DNA from: Lophium mytilinum
Taxonomy: Eukaryota
NCBI GenBank assembly: GCA_010093605.1
Contig: MU004194.1
Coordinates: forward strand, 316,156-380,155
DNA length: 64,000 bases
Direction of reading: 5' to 3'
Below, in pieces: positions 36,600 through 48,007 of the stretch (within the stretch, counting starts at the first letter, position 1; each line of letters opens with the position of its first letter). The notes below the pieces were generated by a model, which ran no database searches, had not been told where the DNA came from, and saw nothing but the letters and a program-made list of their open reading frames with translations. Both the position numbers and the translations under genes were made by a program.

Positions 36600-38147
36600 A
36601 TGTCTTTCGGAAAGCTGTACAGCTACGCGGTAAGTGAGCACAGCACTGGTTGCCCCGCGATGACTCCACCTAACAAGCGCAGGAAAACCCGCGAACCACT
36701 GCCATCCTCGCCGTGGCCAAGGAGAATGGCCTCGACATAGAGTTTTTCGACACCGTGCCTGCCAATGGTCTCTCTGCCGAGTATTTGAAACTCAACAAGC
36801 TGGGAAAGGTTCCCACTTTCGAGGGCGCTGATGGCTATGTTCTCTCTGAGTGCATCGCGATCGCTGTCTACCGTAAGTTTGCCTTTCTGCTACCGTATAT
36901 CCGAACACAACCGTGCTGCCGGCCATTCGCTTTTATGATGAGACTTTTTATTCAGTTATCCCTGTCTGAAAAAAACATAACCTGTTGATATATTCACACT
37001 CTGAAACGCCTTCAAAACCCCCACCTTTTCAGCCTGTAGACTTGGGCAAGCACATGCTGACCTGGACTAGTCACCTCGCAGAACGAGAAGACTACCCTTC
37101 TCGGCAAGACCAAGCAAGACTACGCTTCCATCCTGCGATGGATGTCTTACGCCAACAGCGAGGTCCTCGGCCCTATTGGTAACTGGTTCCGCCCCCTCGT
37201 TGGCCGTGACCCGTACAATAAGAAGAACATCGACGACGCACAGAAGGCCGCCACCAAGGCAGTGGCCACTTTCGAGGAGCACCTCCATACCCACACATAC
37301 CTTGTCGGCGAGCGTCTGACTCTGGCTGATCTCTTCGCTGTCGGCATCCTTGGCCGTGGCTTCCAGTACTTCTACGACAAGGCTTGGCGGGCGGCGAACC
37401 CCAACACTACTCGATGGTACGAGACCGTGTACAGCCAGCCCATCTTCACGAGCGTCGCCGGTGAGCTCAAGTTCATCGACGAGGCCATCAAGAACATTCC
37501 ACCGAAGAAGGAGGCCGCACCCAAGAAGGAGCAGGCAAAGAAGGAGGCGCCAAAGCCCAAAGCTAAGGCTGCCGAGGAGGAGGATGACGAGCCACAGGAG
37601 GCACCCAAGGCCAAGCACCCGCTTGCGCTTCTGCCGCGCCCCACTTTCGACTTGGACGAGTGGAAGCGACAATACTCCAACCAGGAGACTCGTGAGGTTG
37701 CGCTGCCGTGGTTCTGGGCGAACGCCAACTTCGAGGAGTACTCGATCTGGAAGCTTGACTACAAGTACAACGACGAGCTGACCATGACCTTCATGACCTC
37801 CAACTTGATTAGTAAGTCGTACATCTACCTGTTCTTAGATAGAAGCTAACAATTCTTTAGGTGGTTTCTTCACTCGTCTCGAGGCTAGCCGCAAGTTCAT
37901 CTTCGGCGCGGCGTCCGTGTATGGCGTGACTAACGACTCTGTCGTCCAAGGCGCCTTTGTCATCCGCGGTAACGAGGCCCTGCCGGCCTTCGACGTCGCT
38001 CCCGACTACGAGAGCTACGAGTTCACCAAGCTTGACCCCACCAAGGCCGAGGACAAGGAGTTTGTCGACGACCAGTGGTCGTGGGACAAGCCCATCAAGG
38101 TCGGTGACAAGACGTACGAGTGGGCTGACGGAAAGGTCTTCAAGTAG
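36600..38147 (+). CDS. TEF4: Translation elongation factor eEF1B-gamma; introns 36630-36682, 36873-37070, 37812-37860
   Basis: GST-like N-terminus (NKLGKVPTFEGADG..LSECIAIA), K/E-rich linker, and EF1G domain (FDLDEWKRQYSN, DVAPDYESY, WADGKVFK). Confidence 0.96.
36930..37009 (+). ncRNA. SNR38: Intronic box C/D snoRNA, snR38-like (guides 2'-O-methylation of a G in 25S rRNA)
   Basis: Box C ATGATGA at 36935. Guide CAGTTATCCCTGT before D' CTGA at 36966 is complementary to LSU rRNA ACAGGGAUAACUG. Box D CTGA at 37001. Yeast snR38 lies in the TEF4 intron. Confidence 0.88.
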
Positions 38148-39502
38148 AAGACTGTCGGGATCCACCTTCTTTTCTTCGTCGTGTTGTAGGGTTGCGGTCT
38201 TGGTATGATACCAGTCCTTCATGAGGGATGAGGATGAGCTTTATGCTTGGAATGACATGCGTTATGAGCTCCATGGTTGAGACGACGAGAGTGTAGTACG
38301 GCGGTATATGTAGCTGGTTCAAGCATCTTGCCTAATTCAATTGAATGCCTGCTACGAACAACAAACATCTGGGCATCATCAACGCGAAACGTGACTCTTC
38401 GGGGCTGTCCTCCTTCCATGTCTAGTCAATGTCTTAGGTACATGTACGATCACCATGTTTACCACATTCCACAGCATACCACTGCCCTCGTGTCAAGGAG
38501 CCACTCCCGCGTGTCTGCCACGGTTACTAGGGCTTACTATGTAACTGCGCCATAATCCCATTTGCTGTATACCTAGGTACCGGAAAAAAGAAGACCGAAA
38601 CCCTTGTACCAACATACCCAGAAGCTCTAGAAAAATAGTAATAACTACCGTGAAAGCACGTCTATGACCGTCTCCATCCCCGGCAGATGCCGTAAGGTGG
38701 GCAGTGGGTGTTGCAGGTCTAACAAGGCTGGAAATCTAGAGCTGAACTGCCGATCCTGTGGCGTCGGGCCAGCCTCTCGCGTGATTGGACAAGGGGGGGT
38801 TTAGTGGGCGCGAGGCGGCTCCAACGTCGTCTCTTTCTTCCGCGAAGGCGCTGAAGGGCTTTCAGGTTCCCCACACCCCAACTTTATACCTAAGACATCC
38901 GCTATACGAAAGAGAGAAGAGGTAACCCGCTGAAGAAGGCCCTGTGTTGGTTAGAAACGCGCAGATTGGAATCTATACTGTAGGAGGAGCGAACGCGCAT
39001 ACGAGAGGAGTGTCTCACGCGACAACGGCTACCCGAGCCAACGAGACGGAAAGCTGAGGCTGAGAAAAGGATCGAAGCGGATCGCACAGGCAGAGAAGAG
39101 GAGGACAGTGAACAGGAGCTCGAGCCTACGCTTCTTGTCCTGCGCTCGGGTTGGTGAGGCAGCCGGGCGGGTGGGCTTCGATTTCAGCACGGCGGGTGCC
39201 TGCATACGCAGCACGTGTGACACAGCGGTGCCGCAGCAAGCAGGGCGAGCGGGCACGACGACTTGGGTCTCTGAGGAGCAGCTGGGAAAGAGGTGGAGGT
39301 ATTCAAGAGAATCCAAGCTACAGCAACCAGACGGCCCGCGCCGGCGAGCAGTCTGGGACATCCCCAATCTCAACCGCTTCGCTTCGTCTGTGTCAGCAGC
39401 CGCCCGTGAGGTGCTCCCGTTTCGCCTCGTAGAAGGGCGTCTGTGTCTCGGGAGGCAGCGGTAGCTTGAGGCGAGGAGGTTGGGTACTAGCAGACCGCCT
39501 TC

Positions 39503-41618
39503 ATGAAAGACGTTGATGGGATAGGAGAGGGTCGGGCACGGCGCGCATCGCATCAGCCTGTGGTGGAGCCTGCGATTCAGGTTATTTGTTTGGTGAGTGG
39601 CTTTTCTTTTTAGGCTGTTGAGGATCGTAGCCTTAGAGGATGCGCGGGAGTGGGGTTCTTGATGTGGAGATGGTTACCGTTTGGCGTGTATGGCTTTATG
39701 CATGGCGGTTGGCTACGTTTGGCATTCATGTTTCTGAGGAAGGGAGAGTTCCATCGGAATTTTGATCCTCCAGCCATGATATTCAATCCACGGCAGGAAG
39801 AGCCCATTCTAACGGCATTTACAGGGTGCAGGAGGAGGTCCGTCTGAAGACAACGTGACCGGATTTCTAGTTCGGTCAAAGGCATCGAAATGGTCAAAGA
39901 ACTCAGTGTTGGCAGTCGATGCCGGCTCCCATCTTGCAGCCATTACCCGCATCCTCGAACAAGACTTCCCGCTAGTCTCCGGGACAAATCCAGCAGATCT
40001 TCCCTTTTCTCGGAACGGTGACCATAAGAATGGCAACGGCAATGGCCATAGCAATGACGACTCACCCAGCCCGCGCACTGCAGGTGTTTCTGATTTGGAT
40101 GACGAAGATTCGGACGACACGGCTTCTTCCGCTGGTATCGATCTGCCCCCCATCACGACGCTGGAAACTGGTCCTTTCGAAGGCCTTCCCTTTCCACATG
40201 CTTCAGCCCGTGCAAATGCGCTCCACGTCGTCCGCGAACATGTATCGACTTATCTCATCACGCATCCCCATCTTGACCATGTCTCTGGCTTTGTCATCAA
40301 CACAGCCGCTTTTCATAATACCTCAAGACCAAAACGACTCGCAGCGCTCCCCTTCACTGTTAACGCTATCAAAACGCACCTCTTCAACAACGTCATCTGG
40401 CCAAATCTCACGGACGAGGACGGCGGCGTTGGCCTAGTAACCTTCCAGCGCCTCCAAGAAGGTGGTAACATTGCTATCGGCGAGGGCCACGGTCGCGGCT
40501 ATATCGAGGTCTGCGATGGGCTCAGCGTTCGTGGTTTCAAGGTCAGCCACGGGCACTGTATGCGTGGTCCTGGCCACGTCCATCGTGGGAGCAACGCCAA
40601 CCTCCCTGAAGCTCCAGGTTCCGCATCTATCCAGCACTCACACCACCACAGTGCCAGCATCAACGCAGTCACAGCCGCCGACGCCGCTCGCGAAGGCCGC
40701 TCCCACTCCTTTTCTCTCCCCTCCCAACCCGGCACCCCCCTCTTTTCTGGAAGCACCACCGATGGTTCTCGTGTCAATACCTCGGCGCATATCCAACAGG
40801 ACCAGTGCGTCATCGACAGCTCCGCCTACTTCATCCGTACCGAAACCCCCTCAATCTTGCCCACGCACCCCCCTCACGCCCGCGAAGTCCTCATCTTCGG
40901 CGACGTCGAGCCCGACTCCCTCTCCCTCTCCCCGCGCACCGCGCAGGTCTGGGCCGAAGCCGCGCCCAAAATCGCCGCCGGCATCCTCACCGGCGTCTTC
41001 ATCGAGTGCAGCTACAACAACTCCCAGGGCGACGCCGTGCTCTATGGCCACCTCGCCCCACGGCATCTGCTCGCAGAGCTGCAGCACCTCGCCGACCTCG
41101 TCCGCGACGCCCGCCACGAGCTAACCAAGGCGGCCGAGGAAGCGCGCAAGGGGCGGAAGCGAAAGAGGACGAGCAACGGCTTCCTCGGCCTCGCGGACGG
41201 CGGCGGGCCCGAGCGAGAGAGGAAGGGGAGGGTCTTTAGTGGTAGTATGGCGCTCGCGCTTGACGCGGCTGCGAATCAGAACCCGCATGCGAATGCGTAC
41301 ACGAGCGGCGATGATACGATGACGGATGCTGCGCCCTCGCCGACGCCGTTCCCGAATCGTACTGCGACGGCGCCGCAGACGGGCACGGCGACGCCGGTGG
41401 GGGCCCACTCGACGCTCGGGGGGTGGCAGGATCCGTCGCCGTTGAGGGGGCTGAAGGTCGTGATTATGCATGTCAAGGATACGTTGGCTGATGGGCCGTT
41501 GGTTGGGGAGAGTATTCAAAGGGAGTTGGAGGAGGGGGAGAGGGTGCTTGCGGAGGGGGGAAAGGGGTTGGGGTGTCAGTTTGTGGTTAGTAAGGGGGGT
41601 GGGAGTTACTGGTTCTAG
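39503..41618 (+). CDS. PDE1: Low-affinity class II cAMP phosphodiesterase; intron at 39593-39824
   Basis: IQVICL|GAGGGPSEDNVTGFL, LAVDAGS, metal motif THPHLDHVSG, IFGDVEPDS and LYGHLAP. Confidence 0.93.
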
Positions 41619-42582
41619 AGACGTCGGAATTGGATGTCTGGGTTTCTCGAGCGTTTTGTGGAAGATCAAGACCAGGACGTACATGGGCACTTGTCTCGGG
41701 AAAGATCAAATTGCGAAGGTACGAGGTATGATACATGAGGCGGTCTGACTGGTTTTGCTAGTTTTGGGGATTGGTTTTTCACAGCAGTCATGTTTGTTCG
41801 GCGTTAGAGGACTGTGTTTCTTGGTTTGGTTATGGGCGCGGGCAGCATATCTAGGAGCACAAAGTGGGTTTAGCACGCATTTGGGCTTTTAGGGTTGCTG
41901 GTAGTCGTAGTTGTAGTTTCTAGTGGCGCTGATTGATGTAAGAATAGAGTCGGGGATTCTTTTCTTGTTGTATATATATTTTCTTTCGAATCGTGGCGTA
42001 TCTTCCCTGTGTTTGCACGCTGAAATCCTCCATTATTGTAAGATGTTGAGTGACGTTGTTAGGTGTGAACAACAGAGCCCCTACCTCTCTGGTAAGTGTC
42101 GCCAGGTGCTAGCGATCATCTTCTAATTTGGGGGGAAAGAGGATGATATACTTTCTCTTCAGAATGGATAATCCGAGTCTGAACCGTTGGAAGCTCATTC
42201 CTACTAGCTGTAAGTTGCGCAATAGTTTTACGCGAACACTTACCAAATTACATAATAGCTCCCTAGTACGGGCTCAATAAAGGTCGATATTCGGAGGATG
42301 GGTTCGTTTCGTAAGTTTTGGCGATGTGATTATTACTTCTAAGAGGAATTATCTGAGGATGACGTAAAAGTCTAGACAATATAAGACGGTGTATTTTACC
42401 TCTACCTTAGGTAGAGTAAGGCAGGTAGAGTAAGGTAGGCACGGCAGGATAACACGATAAAAAGAACGAGAAAGATTTCAGGCATGGTAATTTGTGAAGA
42501 ACTAATATGTACGTTCTCAGCTCCACGATTTTTGTATGTACATATAGACATTCAAGGATATATCGCTGGCTATACACAAGAC

Positions 42583-45363
42583 TCAGTAGATGGTCATGGG
42601 TGCTTTCTCGGAGTCATCGCCTAAACCCAAGTTGTCTACGAGTTCCCAGAAGTTGACTTTGGCTCGCCCGCCAGCCGTGCTGACACCATCCTTTGCCAAT
42701 CCCACTCCATTCTTAACATCCGACACGATCCGGCGAGCTCGTTCCCAATCGCCAGCTCGAACCAACGCCGTAACAGTGGACATGAGAGCGCTCCACGATG
42801 GGTTCTTCCCTTCCCTCGACATCCTCATCAAAATGGTAATCATCTTTCCAATATCGTCGCAACGAGCATAGCCTTCGATCATGCGATCGAACAAGGTTCT
42901 GTCTGTGACGCTGCCTGGAGTGTTGATGATGGTGTTCCATAACGAGTCCACTGCGTCGATGGCAGGAGGGTCGTGCTCGAAGTAGTGGGTGATGAGGCTG
43001 GTGTATATCTGCGCAGACGGGATTATGGATCGCTGAGACATGTGATCGAGGACTGCCCGCGCGGCAACAAAATTGTTGTGCTTTTTTAACAGTTGATCGA
43101 CGATGGTGGAGTACATGACTGCGTTGGGTTTGACGCCGTTAGCTTCAATGTTCTCCAGAAAGTCGATCATGGATTGCCGTTGTTCGTCCTCCGAGAGGTC
43201 GCCGCGCTTGTTTTGCAGTGAGGCATTTATAAGAATAGTATATGTGGCAATGTCGGGCTGAATCTGGTCGGCCTTCATGGAGGCAATGATCTTCGATACG
43301 AGATCTCTATTGCCTTCTTGCAATGCTTGGCGAAGGAGTACATTGTAAGTGATGTTGTTAGGCTCGATTTGAAACGATGAGGCCCATCTGAGAACTTTGT
43401 CCATCGCATCTCGCTTCCGCGTGGGCGGTACCGGTAGTCTTGCCAAAGCAGTCAATACCGCGTTTATGGTCGTAACATCTGGCTTGGGTCGATTCGCCGG
43501 TTTCTCGGTGGCTTTGACTTTGCTCTTTGTCTTGATCGGTGTCTTCACATTCTGCGCGTCCTTCCATGCTTTACCCATTTCACTCAACGCAGCGAGACCT
43601 TCGTCACGTGCCCCCAAGGAGATCAAGCCAAAGAGGCGTGCGTTCCAAGCAGCGCTGTCAGGCTGGATACCAGAAGCAACCATGCGTGCCCAAACTTGCT
43701 CGAGGCCATTCAAATCTCTGCCCTTTCCACAACCCGCAAGCATGGAAGTCCATGTTATCACAGTCGGTGTCGCCCCGTGTGAAACCATTTCATTCCAGGC
43801 CTTCATAGCAAGGTCAGCTCTCTTGAGTGACATGAGACCAGACACCAACGTATCATATATTTTGCTGGGAATGAGGAATCCTGTCTTGGAGTTGGGAACG
43901 GCGAAGACCGAACGAGCTTCCTCCCAAAGCTGGTTGATAATTCTTATATCTTGTCTTTCGAATCCCCTCATTAGTCGCTTGATTAGAAATTCCATCAGTT
44001 CCTGCCTCAAGCGAGGGTCTTCCTGTGCTGTTGCCATTGCCGAGGCAAATCGCTTTGCGCCAATCACTTTCAAAGCTTGAGTAGGAATAGACTCAATCGC
44101 TTCTGAGAGAAAATCTGCAGATTGTTGAGAAAGTGTATCGGCGTTCTTCAAGTTCTCGATTTCTCGGAGGAACTGCGCCATGTTCGCAGCGGGTATGATA
44201 TGCGCTACGAACCGCACGAACGGAAGAGCTTCTCCCCTTAGGCTTGAGGGAATACCGGCAGAGTATTCTCCGCGGGTGAAAAAGAGAAAGGTGGCTATGA
44301 GAGGGAGACAAATTTCTGGAGTCATGTTGTATTTTGGTACAAATTGATTAAGGCGTTCTCTAAAGTCAGTGCTCAGGTGACTTCCTGTAGTGACCCTGTC
44401 TAGCTGGGCGGGATGTGGCAGACATGACCATTGGCTGGTATAATGGGACGAAGAAGACGGCCTAGACTGTACCCTTCTTGATGTTGAAACTAGCTCCGGG
44501 CTGTTGGTGTGGAATTTCTCGAAGAATTCGCGCCAAAGGTCCACGAGCTGACCTAGAAGAATTGACTGGGTTTCAACAGAAGTGCCCTCGGTTGGTTGCC
44601 TGAGCGTGTGAGAAACAAGGAGCCACAACGAGTCTACCCAAAATTCGTTGCGCATTATTCCCGCCTCCTCGAATGCCCGAATTACGCCGAGAGGCGACGG
44701 GCATTGACTGGAATGAGGGGCCGAGCACCACTCTGTTATGAGAGCTTTGAGAAGCTGTCGAAAGACCTGACCACTAGCTACTAAGTAAACATCCTTCGCA
44801 GATGGATTCACTAGAGCAGGCGAGCCTTTCCAGAAATGTTCCAAGTAATAAGGCCAAGTATCGGAAGGGAGTAGTCCCGGTTTCTGCAGCAGCTTCATCA
44901 GATAGGTCCCATGATTACCGACAATTATACGTCGGATTGTTGGGCCGTTCGTTGTATCGGATCCGGCAATTTGCTCCTCCTCGAACGTGTCCACAGTAGT
45001 TTGTTCATCCTGTTCCTCCTCGAGTATGTTGAGGTTCTCCGTGAGGCGTTTCGAGTACCGGCCTCGCCCAGCACGTTCGCCAGGAGAACGCGCTGGGAAA
45101 AGGTCTGGGAAGAGCAATTCGAAGGGTTTGTTGGCACTAGATGTCTTCTCGGGAAGAGCTTCTTGCGCGGATAGCGATTCGGGAGAGGCATTGAGGTCCA
45201 AAGTTTCTTGGCTCTGATTTTGGGGATCATTCGCGGGAGGCGGAGGTCCGGGATTTGCAAAGGAGAGAAAGGTTCGTTGCGAGTGCCATTGAGGCTGGCG
45301 CAGGTGCGTTGCGCGTCGGATAAGGCGGTGGCGACACGCTGTGCAGACGTATGAGGCACTCAT
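42583..45363 (-). CDS. Mitochondrial pentatricopeptide-repeat (PPR) protein
   Basis: Tandem ~35-aa PPR motifs (PTVITWTSMLAGC, PNNITYNVLL, PDIATYTILIN, PNAVMYSTIV). Presequence-like start MSASYVCTACRHRL. Confidence 0.88.
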   Translation of the reverse strand: MSASYVCTACRHRLIRRATHLRQPQWHSQRTFLSFANPGPPPPANDPQNQSQETLDLNASPESLSAQEALPEKTSSANKPFELLFPDLFPARSPGERAGRGRYSKRLTENLNILEEEQDEQTTVDTFEEEQIAGSDTTNGPTIRRIIVGNHGTYLMKLLQKPGLLPSDTWPYYLEHFWKGSPALVNPSAKDVYLVASGQVFRQLLKALITEWCSAPHSSQCPSPLGVIRAFEEAGIMRNEFWVDSLWLLVSHTLRQPTEGTSVETQSILLGQLVDLWREFFEKFHTNSPELVSTSRRVQSRPSSSSHYTSQWSCLPHPAQLDRVTTGSHLSTDFRERLNQFVPKYNMTPEICLPLIATFLFFTRGEYSAGIPSSLRGEALPFVRFVAHIIPAANMAQFLREIENLKNADTLSQQSADFLSEAIESIPTQALKVIGAKRFASAMATAQEDPRLRQELMEFLIKRLMRGFERQDIRIINQLWEEARSVFAVPNSKTGFLIPSKIYDTLVSGLMSLKRADLAMKAWNEMVSHGATPTVITWTSMLAGCGKGRDLNGLEQVWARMVASGIQPDSAAWNARLFGLISLGARDEGLAALSEMGKAWKDAQNVKTPIKTKSKVKATEKPANRPKPDVTTINAVLTALARLPVPPTRKRDAMDKVLRWASSFQIEPNNITYNVLLRQALQEGNRDLVSKIIASMKADQIQPDIATYTILINASLQNKRGDLSEDEQRQSMIDFLENIEANGVKPNAVMYSTIVDQLLKKHNNFVAARAVLDHMSQRSIIPSAQIYTSLITHYFEHDPPAIDAVDSLWNTIINTPGSVTDRTLFDRMIEGYARCDDIGKMITILMRMSREGKNPSWSALMSTVTALVRAGDWERARRIVSDVKNGVGLAKDGVSTAGGRAKVNFWELVDNLGLGDDSEKAPMTIY

Positions 45364-45590
45364 GGCCCTCGAAACGCCGCGGGGCTGCGTGTTCGGGATA
45401 TGCAGCTGGCAGAAAGTCGCGATAAAGCTGTGGTGGTGGAACCATGAGGTTGGAGATGACACGCTAAACCGCAAAGAGCAGCCCGAAACGCACGTCGACC
45501 TCTATGCTCGCCGGTGACTGTCATGCCCATCGTCTATCTTCACCAACGACCTCGAAACCGAACCTCTCCCCCCACTACATTTATTAGACC

Positions 45591-47424
45591 ATGACTACAC
45601 TCGTACCCCGAGAGCCATATACCGAAGAAGAGCTCACCCGCCTGTATCCAAAGCATCTCAAGCTCCAGCTCGTGCAAGTTGTAAGACGAACTCCCAAATT
45701 TTATATACGCGATTCCCCGGCTAAGACTTCGAATGATAGCTTCTACGTCATGGTAACGCCTGTTCACATCTTTACTGAGGCGATTGGCTCACATAATAAG
45801 GCGAACGCACGCCAGTCTCGGCACGGTTCCAGAATGCCGGTCTAGCACCAAGTATGTACATCAACTGCAGTAATAGTAATTCGGGATGGTACCACTGACT
45901 AACCGCAGACTGGCCCTACTGCAATGCCGCAAAACAGCTTAAAGCCTCTATCTTAGCCACGCCAGATCTGACCAAATGGGACGGACTCACGTACCGCCGG
46001 CGCATAGAGACGTTCGGCGACGATGATGGGCCTATTGTTGCGACGGGCCCAAGCGGGGAATTCGACAGCATCTGGTGGGTGTTAATTCCGTAACTGTTTC
46101 CTGCACTGTACTAAAGAGTTAACAACAGCAAGCCTGGAGAATTAACAGATGTTGGTCGTCAGACCACCCTTGCGCTTGGACAGCGGTTAAGGCATTTATA
46201 TGTTGACCAACTAGCCTTCATGCCAAAGCTCATTTCTGATTCAGATATGATATATTTGCGAGCTACACCCATCCCTAGGGCTTTAGAATCCTTGCAGCAA
46301 GCATTTTGGGGCTTTTACCCGCCATCAGCGCGAACAGCAGATTTTCCCACCCCTACAATTCTCACGCGGGCTCCGCAAGATGAGACTCTATACCCCAATG
46401 ACGGCAATTGTAGAAGATATGCCCATCTTTCACGAGCATTTGCTCAAAGGGCTGCTGACCACTGGAACGATTCCGACGACATGGCCTATTTGAACAAGAT
46501 TCTCGCCAAATGGATGCCCGACAAGAAAGTGGCCGTAGACTCACATCCCCGGCTCTCTGGGCTTATGGACACCATAAACGCAACGTTGGCACATGGACCC
46601 GCGACGCGCCTACCTAAAGAATTCTATGACTCGAAAGCTCGTGCTATCATTGACAAGATCGGGGTAGAAGAATGGTACGCGGGGTATTTAGAGTCCGCAG
46701 AATATCGCATGCTTGGCGTGGGCGCCTTAGCAGGCGACATCGTCACTCGTATGACAGGAAGCGTGGAGCAGAACGGAACCGATGGCTTGATAGCGGTCGG
46801 CGGCGAAGATGGACGTCTTGGCACAGGCCGTGGAGGCGAGAAGAATATCAAACTTGCCCTTTCAGGATGCCACGACACTACTCTTGCTGGCCTGCTCTCT
46901 GCCCTGGGTGCATTCGAAGGTGAGAAGTGGCCGCCGTTTACCAGCCATATCGCCTTCGAGTTATTTACAGGCGGTACACTCGACTGCCCAAGCGGCGCAG
47001 CTTCACCAACGCCACCGAGCTCGCAAGGCTGGTTGTCATCGTTGTTTGGGCTCAGCAACTCCATAAATGGGCCCGCTCCCAAATCCGATGCCATTGCTCG
47101 AAAGCCCATAGACGAGCTGAGTGAAGAGCAGAAGAAAACACTTCGAGGTCATTACGTCCGCATCCGCTATAATGATAAAATTATGCAAGTTCCCGGATGC
47201 AAGGCTGAAGGCAAGCATCTCGAAGGAGACACTAGTTTTTGTACCCTCGTGAGTGAATACCTCATTTACTTTCGCTGATGAAATGAAGCCCTCGTCTGAT
47301 CCGCGTATAGGAAGCGTTCAAGTCTATCGTAGACAAGTTCACGCCTAAGAACTGGAAGCATGCCTGTTCTTCTAATCTAGACTCACCAACATTCCCCGCC
47401 CGACCAGAGCCTGCAGGCTACTAG
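45591..47424 (+). CDS. Histidine acid phosphatase (His_Phos_2); introns 45681-45739, 45753-45800, 45852-45908, 46075-46128, 47249-47310
   Basis: The spliced product has RHGERTP, GELT..G, RALES and the HD motif (GCHDTT). Confidence 0.9.
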
Positions 47425-48007
47425 ATCATATATAGATGTTCATATGATACCTCTAGAGTGGATAGGATCCAGGAATCGCCCCCACAAACTTTTGGGCGTT
47501 CTAACACATGCACATAGATAGGAAAGCAATAGACTGACATGCCCCCTGATACTACTCTAACCTCCTCTTGGTTCACCGTGTAGGTAGCAGCTTCGTGTTA
47601 CAATGTTGGAATATACATGGACGTGCTTAGCAGATTGGAAACTTAGTCGCGGAGATTTCTGGGAAGCTAGATAAAATTCACCGCATACTTGACACTGCTA
47701 GGAGCATTTTATGCCTTCTGTAGGTAAAACCTCGTCCTGAGGCCCGCGCGTAACGCTTCCAAGGTGTCGGCTTTACGAGGGCTTCTGAAGCGCTCCTGAC
47801 CATGTCAGGCGGGTGGACGCATTTGTGGGAAGGCACGTCGGTTTCCGGTGCCCGGTTTAACGTCATCCCTTCTCTCTATGTGAGGGTGTCTTTCCTACGA
47901 CATCAAAACAGTCAGCACTTCATCTTCTCATCTCCTTTGCCATCGGCCTCATCCCTTTGCCATCGATCCCCATCCAATTGCACCGCACACTTACCTCCGC
48001 AGCTCCG

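Noticed and set aside
39593..39824. Long PDE1 intron as a snoRNA or riboswitch host
   Set aside because: No convincing C/D box pair with a guide, and no TPP aptamer signature seen.
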